Of a stretch of 64,000 nt of DNA, positions 1 through 9,371 are shown in pieces. The DNA comes from an uncultured Prevotella sp. (lineage in GTDB: Bacteria; Bacteroidota; Bacteroidia; Bacteroidales; Bacteroidaceae): NCBI GenBank assembly GCA_900548585.1, contig URLI01000001.1, positions 24,529 through 88,528 on the forward strand. Reading direction: 5' to 3'. The position numbers and the translations under genes are program-made. Within the stretch, counting starts at the first letter, position 1. Each line of letters opens with the position of its first letter. Below the pieces are notes generated by a model. The model was not told the DNA's origin and made no database searches. It was given only the letters and a program-made list of their open reading frames with translations.

Positions 1-359
1 CCGTTCTTGTGACATATCACGAGCACCGTCGTCGGCTGTGGTTTTTCGAGGTAACGCTCCACCCCGTCCCAATGCTTCACTGCCTGCGCCTCCTTCACCA
101 CGACGACCTGCCGCTCTGCCATCATCGGATACCTGCGTGCCATGTCGGCAATCTTCGCCGCCGTGGTGTCAGCCCCGAAGACCACCGTCTGGTTGAAATC
201 GCGTTCCTCCTCGCCCAGCGCGTTTTCTGAAATGAAATTGCATATAAGGTCGATGTAATACGGTTCGTCTCCCATCAGGATATATACGGGCGAATATTTC
301 CCGGCCTTCAGGTCGCGCATCACGCTGTCGAAAGACACTGCCGACTTCTTTTCTGCCAT
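1..359 (-). CDS. holA: DNA polymerase III delta subunit, N-terminal part (runs off window start)
   Basis: Manual minus-strand translation from ATG at 359: MAEKKSAVSFDSVMRDLKAGKYSPVYILMGDEPYYID...ERDFNQTVVFG...ARRYPMMAERQVVVVKEAQ, a typical Bacteroidota HolA N-terminus. Confidence 0.9.
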   Translation of the reverse strand, partial: MAEKKSAVSFDSVMRDLKAGKYSPVYILMGDEPYYIDLICNFISENALGEEERDFNQTVVFGADTTAAKIADMARRYPMMAERQVVVVKEAQAVKHWDGVERYLEKPQPTTVLVICHKN

Positions 360-444
360 ATTCTTCGTTTCTTTCGGTTTAAATAAGTACCTTTGCGCCG
401 TGCCATGTCCGGTATGCAAGGATTTGGGTTACAAAGTTAATAAA

Positions 445-894
445 ATGTTTCGACTAAACCTACCCGATTACGAAATAAAAATAAAAGAGAAGGACGGCAG
501 GCCGCACATCTTCGATTTCCTGCGGCGCAGGTTTGTCGCACTGACACCCGAAGAGTGGGTGCGGCAGCATTTCGTGCATTTCCTTGCAGACCACAAGGGC
601 TATCCTGCCGGACTGATTGCCAACGAGGTGGAACTGCACATCGGCGGGAAAAAACTGCGCTGCGACTCCATTATATATAACAAGGAGGCGAAACCGGTGA
701 TGATTGTGGAGTACAAGGCGCCAACGATACCAATCACGCAGCAGGTCTTCGACCAGATAACGGCATACAACATGCTGCTGCACGTGGACTATCTGACAAT
801 CTCAAACGGGATGCAGCATGTGTGCTGCAAGATGGACTACGGGCAACACCGCTATGGCTTCCTTAAGGAGATACCTGCATACGCGGAGTTGTGA
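445..894 (+). CDS. Stand-alone HsdR N-terminal domain protein
   Basis: LTPEEWVRQ, RCD and VEYKAP motifs; divergent from holA; TACCTTTG box at 389-396; start chosen at MFRLNLP. Confidence 0.85.
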   Translation: MFRLNLPDYEIKIKEKDGRPHIFDFLRRRFVALTPEEWVRQHFVHFLADHKGYPAGLIANEVELHIGGKKLRCDSIIYNKEAKPVMIVEYKAPTIPITQQVFDQITAYNMLLHVDYLTISNGMQHVCCKMDYGQHRYGFLKEIPAYAEL

Positions 895-962
895 CACAGG
901 CCGCAACGCCCTGTGAGAAAGGCGGATGTGGCAAAAATGAAAAAAACATGGAATATTGAGTT

Positions 963-1142
963 ATGAAAAAGGCTACAATGAAGAACATAATAACGGGCGA
1001 GGAGAAGCGCGTTACACTGACTACCGAGCACCCCGCAGCGCGGTGCGGAATAGCCGTATGGGTGGATGGCGACGGAAAGGCATATTTCCCTGAAGACGTG
1101 CAGAACCCTTTCTACGAACTGAAAGAGGTGACAGACGACTGA
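963..1142 (+). CDS. Small hypothetical protein (59 aa)
   Basis: ATG963..TGA1142: MKKATMKNIITGEEKRVTLTTEHPAARCGIAVWVDGDGKAYFPEDVQNPFYELKEVTDD; absent from the ORF track; fills the gap between two + strand genes. Confidence 0.6.
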   Translation: MKKATMKNIITGEEKRVTLTTEHPAARCGIAVWVDGDGKAYFPEDVQNPFYELKEVTDD

Positions 1143-1163
1143 CAGCACAACAATCAATCCGCC

Positions 1164-2114
1164 ATGCTGAAATTCCTGAAAGACTGGACGCTGCCTGTGG
1201 CCATCGCCACGGGAACGTTTTTCTACCTGCTGTTCTACTGCGTCCCGGCGCTCGACGACGCCGCAAACTGGTTCGGGCCGGTGTTCGACTTCATCTTCCC
1301 GTTCTTCGTGTTCCTCACCCTGCTCGTCACTTTCTGCAAGGTGGACTTCCACCAAATGCGCCCACACCGGTGGCACGCATGGGTAATGGCGGCGCAGGTG
1401 GCGCTCGTGGCGACAAACCTGGCAATCATTTTCTTTGTCGGCGACAGCGTCGAGCAGAAAATAATGTGGGAGGGAGTGCTTACCTGCATAATCGGCCCGT
1501 CCGCATCAGCCGCCCCCGTCGTCACCGGCAAGCTGGGAGGAAACATCAGCACGATGACCACCTTCACGCTTATTTCATCAATCGCCTCGGCGTTCATGAT
1601 ACCACTCGTGTTCCCAATGCTCGAGCACGATGCACAGATAACGTTCATGGCGGCCTTCCTCGTCATTCTCGAGAAACTGGCAATGGTGCTTGTCCTGCCG
1701 CTCGTCCTGGGCTATCTCATACGCCACTTCGCGCGCCCACTGCACCGCTGGATAGTGTCGCGACCCAACCTCGGGTTCTATTTCTGGGGCGTATCGCTAT
1801 CGATAACCACTGGCATCACAGTGAAGAACATAGTTCACTCCGACGCATCACTCACCCTGCTACTGATGATTGCTGCCCTATCGCTAATAGTATGTTTCGT
1901 TCAGTTTGGGATCGGGCGCGCCATCGGCAGTCGCTTCGGCGAGAAGATAAACTCCGGGCAGGCCATGTTCCAGAAAAACACGTCACTGAGCATCTGGGTG
2001 GCATACATGTACCTCAATCCCGTGGCATCCATCGGGGCCGGCTGCTATGTGCTGTGGCAGAACATCATCAACTCGCTGGAACTGTGGGAATACAGGAAAA
2101 GGAATGCGAAATGA
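1164..2114 (+). CDS. Bile acid:sodium symporter (BASS) family transporter
   Basis: Multiple TM segments; PSASAAPVVTGKLGG and GQAMFQKNT motifs. Confidence 0.85.
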   Translation: MLKFLKDWTLPVAIATGTFFYLLFYCVPALDDAANWFGPVFDFIFPFFVFLTLLVTFCKVDFHQMRPHRWHAWVMAAQVALVATNLAIIFFVGDSVEQKIMWEGVLTCIIGPSASAAPVVTGKLGGNISTMTTFTLISSIASAFMIPLVFPMLEHDAQITFMAAFLVILEKLAMVLVLPLVLGYLIRHFARPLHRWIVSRPNLGFYFWGVSLSITTGITVKNIVHSDASLTLLLMIAALSLIVCFVQFGIGRAIGSRFGEKINSGQAMFQKNTSLSIWVAYMYLNPVASIGAGCYVLWQNIINSLELWEYRKRNAK

Positions 2115-2219
2115 CATGTCACGCCGCCCCACGGCAAATGTCCGCGTCAACAACAATCAACAAAAGACTGGCTTGCGGTTAGCTTCTTATAGTCATGCGA
2201 CACATGGCAAACAGGAAGG

Positions 2220-2302
2220 CAAAACCGCCGAAATTGCAGTGCAAAGCCGCCGAAATTGATGAACAAAACCGCCGAATTTGCAGTACAAAACCGCCGAAAT
2301 TG
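2220..2302. repeat. 22-bp-period array A (4 units, core CAAAACCGCCGAAATTG)
   Basis: Cores start at 2220, 2242, 2264 and 2286, separated by 5-bp linkers. Confidence 0.95.
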
Positions 2303-2607
2303 GTATGTAAACAGTCGTCCATTGAAAAGTATTTGACTTATTGATAATAAATAATACAATTACTTTACAAGGGGCGGCTACCTATGATTCCTGTATGAAA
2401 AAACGTAAAGTGATATTTCTACAAGGTTTTTTAGGGTTTGGCAAAGTATGGATAAGGCATCATGGGCAGGTGCCACGAATTCAAACCACACCTGCTCTGT
2501 AATGGTTCTGTTGGAAAACTGTCGTTTCATACTATAAAGGTACGAAAAGTAAGTTGTTTGCCACCTTTATTTTCGTTTGTGTAACTGTATTTATTACATT
2601 TTGATAA

Positions 2608-3666
2608 TCATTTCTCAGAATGATCCGTTTCCATGAAATAATGACGAGTCTTATTGGCAATCCTTACCAACATCAACATAACCGGAACTTCCACCAGCAC
2701 GCCCACCACCGTAGCCAATGCAGCCCCGGATTGTAAACCAAAAAGAGAAATAGCCACAGCAACCGACAATTCAAAGAAATTACTTGCCCCTATCATTCCA
2801 GCAGGTGCGGCAACATCATGGGGTAATTTCCACCATTTCGCCCAACCGTAAGCAACGAAGAATATCATAACCGTTTGCAACACAAGCGGAACTGCAATCA
2901 ATAAGATATGCAGGGGATTGTTCAGTATCGTTTCTCCCTGAAATGAAAACAGTATAATAAGCGTTAATAGCAAACCACCTACTGTATAATTATCAAATTT
3001 CTTAATAAATACGTTATTGAAATATTCCACACCTTTGCGGCGGATAACCATTATGCGGGTAATGACCCCGGCAGCAAGTGGTATCACAACAAACAGCCCT
3101 ACGGACAACAACATAGTGTCCCACGGGATCGATACGCCGCCAACTCCCAGCAAGAAAGCAACGATAGGAGCAAACGCTACCAATATGATTAAATCGTTCA
3201 CTGCCACTTGTACCAGTGTATAAGCGGCATCCCCTTTAGTAAGGTAACTCCACACGAACACCATAGCTGTACAAGGTGCAGCCCCCAATAACACCGCCCC
3301 AGCCAAATATTCCTCGGCTAATCCAGCAGGTATAAAGGCTTTGAAAACCACATAGAAGAATAAATAGGCTATTCCGAACATGGTAAATGGCTTTATCAGC
3401 CAATTTGTAACACAGGTAACTATTATTCCTTTCGGACGCTTGCCTACATTCTTAACACTTTGAAAATCAACTTTTAGCATCATCGGATAAATCATTAACC
3501 AAATCAGGATTGCCACGGGTATAGACACGTTGGCATATTCAAATTTGCTTAATGTTTGCGGAATTGCCGGAAGCCATTGTCCTACGGCAATTCCAATAAT
3601 GATGCATAAGGCAACCCAGATAGTCAGGTATTTTTCAAAAAATCCAATTCCTTTTTTCTTTTCCAT
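2608..3666 (-). CDS. acr3: ACR3 family arsenite efflux transporter
   Basis: LGAAPCTAMVFVWS, GASNFFELSVAVAI and GVLVEVPVML motifs. Confidence 0.95.
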   Translation of the reverse strand: MEKKKGIGFFEKYLTIWVALCIIIGIAVGQWLPAIPQTLSKFEYANVSIPVAILIWLMIYPMMLKVDFQSVKNVGKRPKGIIVTCVTNWLIKPFTMFGIAYLFFYVVFKAFIPAGLAEEYLAGAVLLGAAPCTAMVFVWSYLTKGDAAYTLVQVAVNDLIILVAFAPIVAFLLGVGGVSIPWDTMLLSVGLFVVIPLAAGVITRIMVIRRKGVEYFNNVFIKKFDNYTVGGLLLTLIILFSFQGETILNNPLHILLIAVPLVLQTVMIFFVAYGWAKWWKLPHDVAAPAGMIGASNFFELSVAVAISLFGLQSGAALATVVGVLVEVPVMLMLVRIANKTRHYFMETDHSEK

Positions 3667-3678
3667 AACAATAATTAT

Positions 3679-4107
3679 TTAGCTTAATTGTGGTTTTAAT
3701 TCGTTCAGGTAGAAGTCATAGAAACGGGCTTTTATTTCATCCCGTACCCGATGAAATTCACTGTTTATAAACTCTGGCGTTCCGATTGCTTCCGAGGGGT
3801 CGTCAAATCCCATGTGCAGTCTCTTTCCGACTTTACCAGTAAACACTGGGCAGCTTTCATTCGCCCCACCGCAGACCGTAATCACATAATCCCATTCCTG
3901 CCTTATATATAGGTTTACACTTTTAGGGATATGGTGGACTAAATCTATACCCATTTCATCCATAACCTTTACCGCCATCGGATTAACCTTTTCAGCAGGT
4001 TTTGTTCCTGCTGAAAAGACATCCAGTTTATGGTCAAATGATTGTAGAAAGCCATGTGCCATTTGGCTGCGGCAGCTATTCCCCGTACAAAGAATTAAAA
4101 TCTTCAT
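3679..4107 (-). CDS. arsC: Arsenate reductase, LMW-PTP (thioredoxin-coupled) type
   Basis: CTGNSCRSQMA P-loop, ITVC...CP and FDDP motifs. Confidence 0.95.
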   Translation of the reverse strand: MKILILCTGNSCRSQMAHGFLQSFDHKLDVFSAGTKPAEKVNPMAVKVMDEMGIDLVHHIPKSVNLYIRQEWDYVITVCGGANESCPVFTGKVGKRLHMGFDDPSEAIGTPEFINSEFHRVRDEIKARFYDFYLNELKPQLS

Positions 4108-4111
4108 GTTT

Positions 4112-5824
4112 TTAATTATTTTTCCAAGCTATCAGGGCAGCATTTCCCTTTGACAATTCTTCTACTTTCTTAATCCAAACCAATTCATTTTGCGCCTTTG
4201 CCCGCAAGAAAGAATTTTCGGTGTCAGTTAATGACAAGCAAGCATTCACGATCCACCATTTATTATTAATCCCGGCACGTTGTAAATCCATTTGCAAACG
4301 TTCGGCTTCAAATACGGGTGTTGCTTAGGGCAGGGTCACAATAACGACTTCTGTTTCCTGCTGGTTTCTCAAACGTGGTAACAGCTTTCTTACGGAGGCG
4401 GGAGTGTCGCCATGTGTACGTTGTACTTCTTTATGGTAACTTTCCGTTGCATCCAGCAACAACAAAGTGTGTCCAGTAGGTGCGGTGTCAATGACTACGA
4501 CTTCATTTTCTGCCTTATCGACAATTTCAGCAAAAGCCCTAAATACTGCAATTTCCTGCGTACACGGTGAACGTAAATCTTCCTCAATATATTCCATATC
4601 TTCGGCTGTCATTGTTTCCGCAGCTTTACTGCGAACCTCGTTTTTATAGGCTTCCAACACTTCCGCTTCGTCAATACGGCTTACCGTAATGCCAGCCTGA
4701 ACAGCAAGGCTATAATTCAGATGGTTTGCCGGGTCAGTGGTGGTAAGATGCACCTTTGCGCCCAGTTTTGTTAATTTCAGGGCTATTTCAGTGGCTATAG
4801 TGGTTTTTCCCACGCCGCCTTTCCCCATAGTAAAAACAACCCTTTTACCTGATTGATAGAGGTCGTTTACCAGTTCATCCATCCCTTTGGCATCGGTAAT
4901 CGGCTGATAGTTCGCATCATTTGTCAAATCATCATTGTAAAGCATCCGGCGGATATTCGCAATATTAGATAAATTGTATGACCGTAAAGGGACATAATAA
5001 GACGGATATTCCAGCAGTTCCGCAGGAATCTGTTTCAGGGCATTTTGCTGCCTGTCATATATCTGTTTCGATATGTTATCGGCTTCATCTAATTGCAGCA
5101 AAAGCCCGTTGATTACCAATAGCTGGTTTTTAATTCCCAGTAATTGCAATTCATGTGAAGAACGGGCGGCTTCTTTTAATGGTGCAATTTCAGGACGGCT
5201 AACCAATACTAAGCGGGTTGCGTTTGCATCCGAAAGTGTTTCAACTGCCTGCTTATAGATACCTTTCCGTTCTTCCAAACCGGATAATTGACCTAAGCAA
5301 GATGCACCGTGCGTACTCTCACTAATGAATGTACTCCACGCTGATGGTAGTTGTAACATTCGTAACGTGTGCCCCGTGGGGGCTGTATCAAAGATAATAT
5401 GGTCGTATTCTTTTGCTTTGTTAGCATCCGTGATAAAATCGGAAAACTGGTTGAAAGCCGCAATTTCTACCGTACAAGAGCCTGAAAGTTGTTCTTCCAT
5501 ATTCTGAATTACACTTTCGGGCAGTTGTCCCCGGAAAGGAGCAATAACGCTTTCCCTGTATTCGGCTGCGGCTTGTTCCGGGTCGAGATTAACGACCGTT
5601 AAGCCGGGTACTTCTTGAATATCCGTGCCGTGTCCGTTCAGTGTTTGATTAAACACATCTTGCAGGTTTGAAGCCGGGTCTGTACTGATAAGAAGTATTT
5701 TCTTTCCATTATCTGCTAAGCCTACCGCAGTAGCACAAGCAATCGAAGTTTTTCCAACACCGCCCTTTCCGGTGAAGAAAAGATACTTAGTCAAGCCTGT
5801 ATCTGACAAATTGAATGTTTCCAT
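4112..5824 (-). pseudogene. arsA: Arsenical pump-driving ATPase with an in-frame premature stop at 4325-4327
   Basis: Two GKGGVGKT and two DTAPTGH motifs; frame reads VIVTLP*ATPVFEAERLQMDLQ and continues to 4112 (570 aa if read through). Confidence 0.9.
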
Positions 5825-5849
5825 TTTTATATAATTGTCTGGTGAAAAC

Positions 5850-6176
5850 TTATTTTACTGGCATAAAATCCAAATTGACACCCGTCCATTCACTCATTTG
5901 TTTTGTGGTAGGATAGGTTTTTGAAACAGCGATTTCGCCATCCACTAAAGTAATAGGCAGTGCATCTGCCCCATGTTTTTTCAGATGCTCGTTTACTGTT
6001 TTATTACTAACATACACTTGCGGTTCGTCACGTAAATTGTGACGGGTAACGATGATACCCTGTTTCTTCAATTTTTCAATAACAACCGCAATACGCATTA
6101 ATTCAGGATCGATATTTGTTCCACAAAGACCCGTGGGGCAACACATTGCCGGGTCGAAAATTTCAATCTTTTTCAT
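5850..6176 (-). CDS. arsD: Arsenite metallochaperone
   Basis: FDPAMCCPTGLCG N-terminal cysteine motif; upstream of arsA. Confidence 0.95.
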   Translation of the reverse strand: MKKIEIFDPAMCCPTGLCGTNIDPELMRIAVVIEKLKKQGIIVTRHNLRDEPQVYVSNKTVNEHLKKHGADALPITLVDGEIAVSKTYPTTKQMSEWTGVNLDFMPVK

Positions 6177-6210
6177 ACTGTTATTATTTAAAATGATACT
6201 CCATGTTTAA

Positions 6211-6918
6211 TTATAGATAAAAGACTACTGCATAATAAATTCCTACCGCAATAAAGAGGATGGCAACTATTTTACGAAACCATTTCTCGAATATTTGCAT
6301 CCGGTTATAAAACTTACCCAATCCGGCAACGCTGTACGCTATAATCCATGCGACAAGTATCACGGGTAATCCCGTAGCAATAGCAAAAATTACAGGTAAG
6401 AGATACCCGCCCGTGTGTGCTGCTGACAAAGGCATAAGCATACCGAAATAAAATACTCCACTGGTAGGACAAAAAGCAAGGGCGAATAAAATACCCAACA
6501 GCATAGCCCCCCAACCGCCTTTAGTCCTCTTTTTCAAACTTTCACCGCCGATATTGACTTTCGGTAGATTGTGTTTTATTACATCGAGCATAAATATTCC
6601 AATGATGATTAACGCCGGAGCAATCAGCATTTCCCCGTACTTGCTTACAGCTTTTTGAACCATAAACATGCTTGCTCCCTCACGGAGAATAGGGATAAGG
6701 ATAAAGCCAAGAACCGTATAACTTACTATTCTGCCGAAAGTATAAAGCAATCCGTTTATGAATATCCGGTGATGGTTTTCTATGTCCTTACTAATAAATC
6801 CTATCGCCGTTATGTTCGTAGCTAACGGACACGGGCTGACCGCCGTTAAGATCCCCAATAGAAAAGCTGTAATAGCAGGAATAGAACTGTTGTCTAATAG
6901 CGATTGAAGAAAGTCCAT
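6211..6918 (-). CDS. ArsG-like / CcdA-DsbD-type membrane protein
   Basis: SPCPLATN and AFCPTS cysteine motifs; multiple TM segments; inside ars cluster. Confidence 0.8.
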   Translation of the reverse strand: MDFLQSLLDNSSIPAITAFLLGILTAVSPCPLATNITAIGFISKDIENHHRIFINGLLYTFGRIVSYTVLGFILIPILREGASMFMVQKAVSKYGEMLIAPALIIIGIFMLDVIKHNLPKVNIGGESLKKRTKGGWGAMLLGILFALAFCPTSGVFYFGMLMPLSAAHTGGYLLPVIFAIATGLPVILVAWIIAYSVAGLGKFYNRMQIFEKWFRKIVAILFIAVGIYYAVVFYL

Positions 6919-6919
6919 C

Positions 6920-7363
6920 TTACAACTGTTTTAACAATTCGTCAATCTTGCTTTTAATTCCCTCTTTAAACTTGTCCGGTGCATTTTTCGCATTGGAAAA
7001 ACCAAACTCGGTCATATTGTTTACATTCTCTTTGCCGTCTTTCCAGCCGTTTACAAACAAAGACGACCATGTAACTTCGTACTTGTCTGCAATCGCTTCA
7101 TTCTCTTTCTTTGAAATATCTATCACTTTATAGATAATTTTACCGTCTGCTTTTTCTTTTGAATAAAGGCTATCCAAAAGGGCAACTGTATTTGTTTCTA
7201 TCGCCCGGCAAGTGATACACCGTTGCGCTCCATGAAAATAAAGAACCTCTATACGGTTAGACTGTACTCCTTCCGCTTGGTTTTCTCCGGTCTTTTTCTC
7301 TGAACCATTACCACAGGAAACCAAGACCAGTGTTGCAATCAGTAGATAAAATAATTTTCTCAT
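6920..7363 (-). CDS. ArsF-like thioredoxin-fold lipoprotein
   Basis: Lipobox LVSC; YFHGAQRCITC CxxC motif. Confidence 0.75.
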   Translation of the reverse strand: MRKLFYLLIATLVLVSCGNGSEKKTGENQAEGVQSNRIEVLYFHGAQRCITCRAIETNTVALLDSLYSKEKADGKIIYKVIDISKKENEAIADKYEVTWSSLFVNGWKDGKENVNNMTEFGFSNAKNAPDKFKEGIKSKIDELLKQL

Positions 7364-7372
7364 AGTTCATTT

Positions 7373-7612
7373 TTATTTGGTTATCAACTCTTTCACTTCT
7401 GCAAGGGATAACTTCTTCCCGGCTGATACGACTTTGTCGTCAATCACCAAGGCCGGAAGCCCTAAAATGTTATACTCCATGATTTTCAACAAATCTTCCT
7501 CTTTGATAAGGGTTGCATCGCAACCTAATTCTGAAATAGCCTGTTTGGTAGTTTCGTACAAGGCTTTACAGCTTGAACACCCAGTTCCTAATACTTTAAT
7601 TTCCATTGTCAT
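7373..7612 (-). CDS. Small thioredoxin-like redox-active disulfide protein (ArsE-like)
   Basis: IKVLGTGCSSC and PALVID motifs; 79 aa. Confidence 0.85.
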   Translation of the reverse strand: MTMEIKVLGTGCSSCKALYETTKQAISELGCDATLIKEEDLLKIMEYNILGLPALVIDDKVVSAGKKLSLAEVKELITK

Positions 7613-7641
7613 TCCACTTTATAGTTAATATTATAATCGTA

Positions 7642-7659
7642 GTTCGTAGAACTGCGAAC
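7642..7659. promoter_or_regulatory. Putative ArsR operator 2
   Basis: GTTCGTAG-AA-CTGCGAAC, inverted repeat with 1 mismatch, between arsR and the next gene. Confidence 0.55.
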
Positions 7660-7683
7660 AATTATTCCAAAAAAAAGGTACTG

Positions 7684-8010
7684 CTATTCACAGCACGATG
7701 TACCTTTATATTTACAGTCCCCTAAAAAAGCTGCAAACAGTTTTCGGGCAAGTTCCCAGTTCTCCCGGTTTATGCAATACCGGACTTTGGGCGTTTCTAT
7801 TTCTCCCTGAATTAAGCCAGCTTCTTTCAATTCTTTCAAATGCTGCGAAACGGTTGCTTTGGCAATGGGCAGTTCTTCGTGAATGTCACCGAAGAAGCAA
7901 CTCTCTTGTTTTGCCAAGAAAGCAAGAATAGCCATACGCGTCGGATGTCCCATTGCTTTGGCAAAACGGGATATCTGTTCCAAATTTGTTGTGTACTTTT
8001 TATCTTCCAT
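7684..8010 (-). CDS. arsR: ArsR/SmtB family repressor
   Basis: KAMGHPTR and [20 protein letters not shown]-terminal CC; start chosen at MEDKKY. Confidence 0.9.
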   Translation of the reverse strand: MEDKKYTTNLEQISRFAKAMGHPTRMAILAFLAKQESCFFGDIHEELPIAKATVSQHLKELKEAGLIQGEIETPKVRYCINRENWELARKLFAAFLGDCKYKGTSCCE

Positions 8011-8023
8011 TATTCTATATGTA

Positions 8024-8058
8024 ATATTGTTTGTCGTTCGCAAAATTACAAACAATAT
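8024..8058. promoter_or_regulatory. Putative ArsR operator 1
   Basis: GTTCGCAA-AA-TTACAAAC (8036-8053) resembles operator 2; overlaps a perfect IR ATATTGTTTG...CAAACAATAT. Confidence 0.55.
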
Positions 8059-8231
8059 ATGACATATGCAAGTAATATCGTTTTTTATGTCTAAGAAAAA
8101 TATTAGGAGCAATTCTATATTGCGGTTTCAGGTCTAAGTTATTAATAATTCCATGTGAGAGCATCTTATGATTCCAGAATTCAAATGAATAGATGCTTCT
8201 GTCTCGCAGAGCACTTGCAAAATCACAAGTT

Positions 8232-8246
8232 GAGACCTTTGCAAAA
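8232..8246. mobile_element. Possible orphan IS5-family terminal inverted repeat
   Basis: GAGACCTTTGCAAAA resembles IS1106-type ends as recalled; lies at the island edge; no transposase. Confidence 0.35.
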
Positions 8247-8337
8247 CGACGCTCCTTAAATCACATTTTCAAGAATCTCATCATTTTTTGTGCGAATTTG
8301 GAAAAATATAGGTTATATTGGCTCACATATATTGCTA

Positions 8338-8375
8338 CGCCTCCAGTAAACCACATTTTAATGGAACTGGAGGCG
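8338..8375 (-). terminator. Hairpin downstream of the zinc-ribbon gene
   Basis: CGCCTCCAGT...ACTGGAGGCG perfect 10-bp stem. Confidence 0.6.
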
Positions 8376-8430
8376 CGAACGGCAATCAATGGCATACAAG
8401 TTGGCGGCAAGCGCCAATGCCTCATGGCAC

Positions 8431-9270
8431 TTATGCCTCCTTTTTCTCGTCTGCCGCCTTCTTCGTGCGGCGTATCGCGCGCTTGCGCTTCGGCTTCTCA
8501 TCCGCTGCCGGTTTGTCTGTCTTAACTCCGGCGAGTTCAGGATCTATCATTATGCGTCCGCAATATTCGCAGACGATGATTTTCTTGTGCATCTTTATGT
8601 CGAGCTGTCTCTGCGGCGGTATTTTGTTGAAGCAGCCGCCGCATGCGTCCCTGTTGACATAGACTATGCCGAGACCGTTGCGGACGTTCTTGCGTATGCG
8701 CTTGAAACTTGTCAGCAGGCGTTGCTCTATCTTCTGCTCGAGGTCCTTTGCCCTGACCTTCAGCCGGTCTTCCTCGGCGCGTGTCTCTTCCACGATTTCA
8801 TCGAGTTCGCCCTTCTTCTCCTCGAGAGCCATATTGCGGTCTTCCATCACCTCCTTGTTCTTGCCGAGCTCGGCTTTCTTCTCCTCGATTTTCTCCAAAG
8901 CCTCGCGTATCTTCTTGTTGCACAGTTGCACTTCCAATTCCTGGAACTCTATCTCCTTGCTCAGCGTGTCATACTCCCGGTTGTTGCGCACATCGTCGAG
9001 TTGATGCTTGTAGCGCTCGATGCTCTGCTCCGCCTCCGCAATATCCTGCCTGCGCTGCGAGATGGCGTCCTGAAACTCCTGGATTTCATTCTCTATGCGC
9101 TCCACGCGGGTGTTGAGGCCGATGATTTCGTCCTCGAGCTCTTCCACCTCGAGTGGCAGCTCGCCCCTGATGGCACGCTTCTCGTCGATTGACGACAGTG
9201 TGGTCTGCAGTTGGTAGAGAGTCTTCAGTTTCTCCTCAACCGACAAATCTGTTGGATCTTTCTTTGCCAT
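8431..9270 (-). CDS. C4-type zinc ribbon coiled-coil protein
   Basis: Long coiled coil, then ACGGC...CEYCGRI; start MAKKDPTDL; follows the Nif3 gene. Confidence 0.9.
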   Translation of the reverse strand: MAKKDPTDLSVEEKLKTLYQLQTTLSSIDEKRAIRGELPLEVEELEDEIIGLNTRVERIENEIQEFQDAISQRRQDIAEAEQSIERYKHQLDDVRNNREYDTLSKEIEFQELEVQLCNKKIREALEKIEEKKAELGKNKEVMEDRNMALEEKKGELDEIVEETRAEEDRLKVRAKDLEQKIEQRLLTSFKRIRKNVRNGLGIVYVNRDACGGCFNKIPPQRQLDIKMHKKIIVCEYCGRIMIDPELAGVKTDKPAADEKPKRKRAIRRTKKAADEKKEA

Positions 9271-9371
9271 AAAACAATGTTCCCCCCTCTTTATCCCCTT
9301 CCGGGGAGGCCGCAACGGGGGCGAGGGCCATTCGTTAGTATTATTTTTACTTGTTTTCTCTTCTCCGCGTA

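Larger units (their letters stand above)
2303..8335. mobile_element. AT-rich arsenic-resistance genomic island (boundaries approximate)
   Basis: Abrupt drop in GC and change of codon usage relative to flanks; carries a whole ars cluster; no integrase or transposase ORF seen. Confidence 0.7.

Noticed and set aside
445..894. Type I restriction-modification system
   Set aside because: Only a short HsdR N-terminal domain; no helicase, hsdM or hsdS nearby.
4112..4297. 61-aa ORF as a separate gene
   Set aside because: It is the in-frame C-terminus of ArsA after the premature stop.
2383..8175. TATGATTCC at 2383 and 8167 as target-site duplication or att sites of the ars island
   Set aside because: A 9-bp match between AT-rich flanks is plausible by chance, and the copies do not coincide with the GC transitions.
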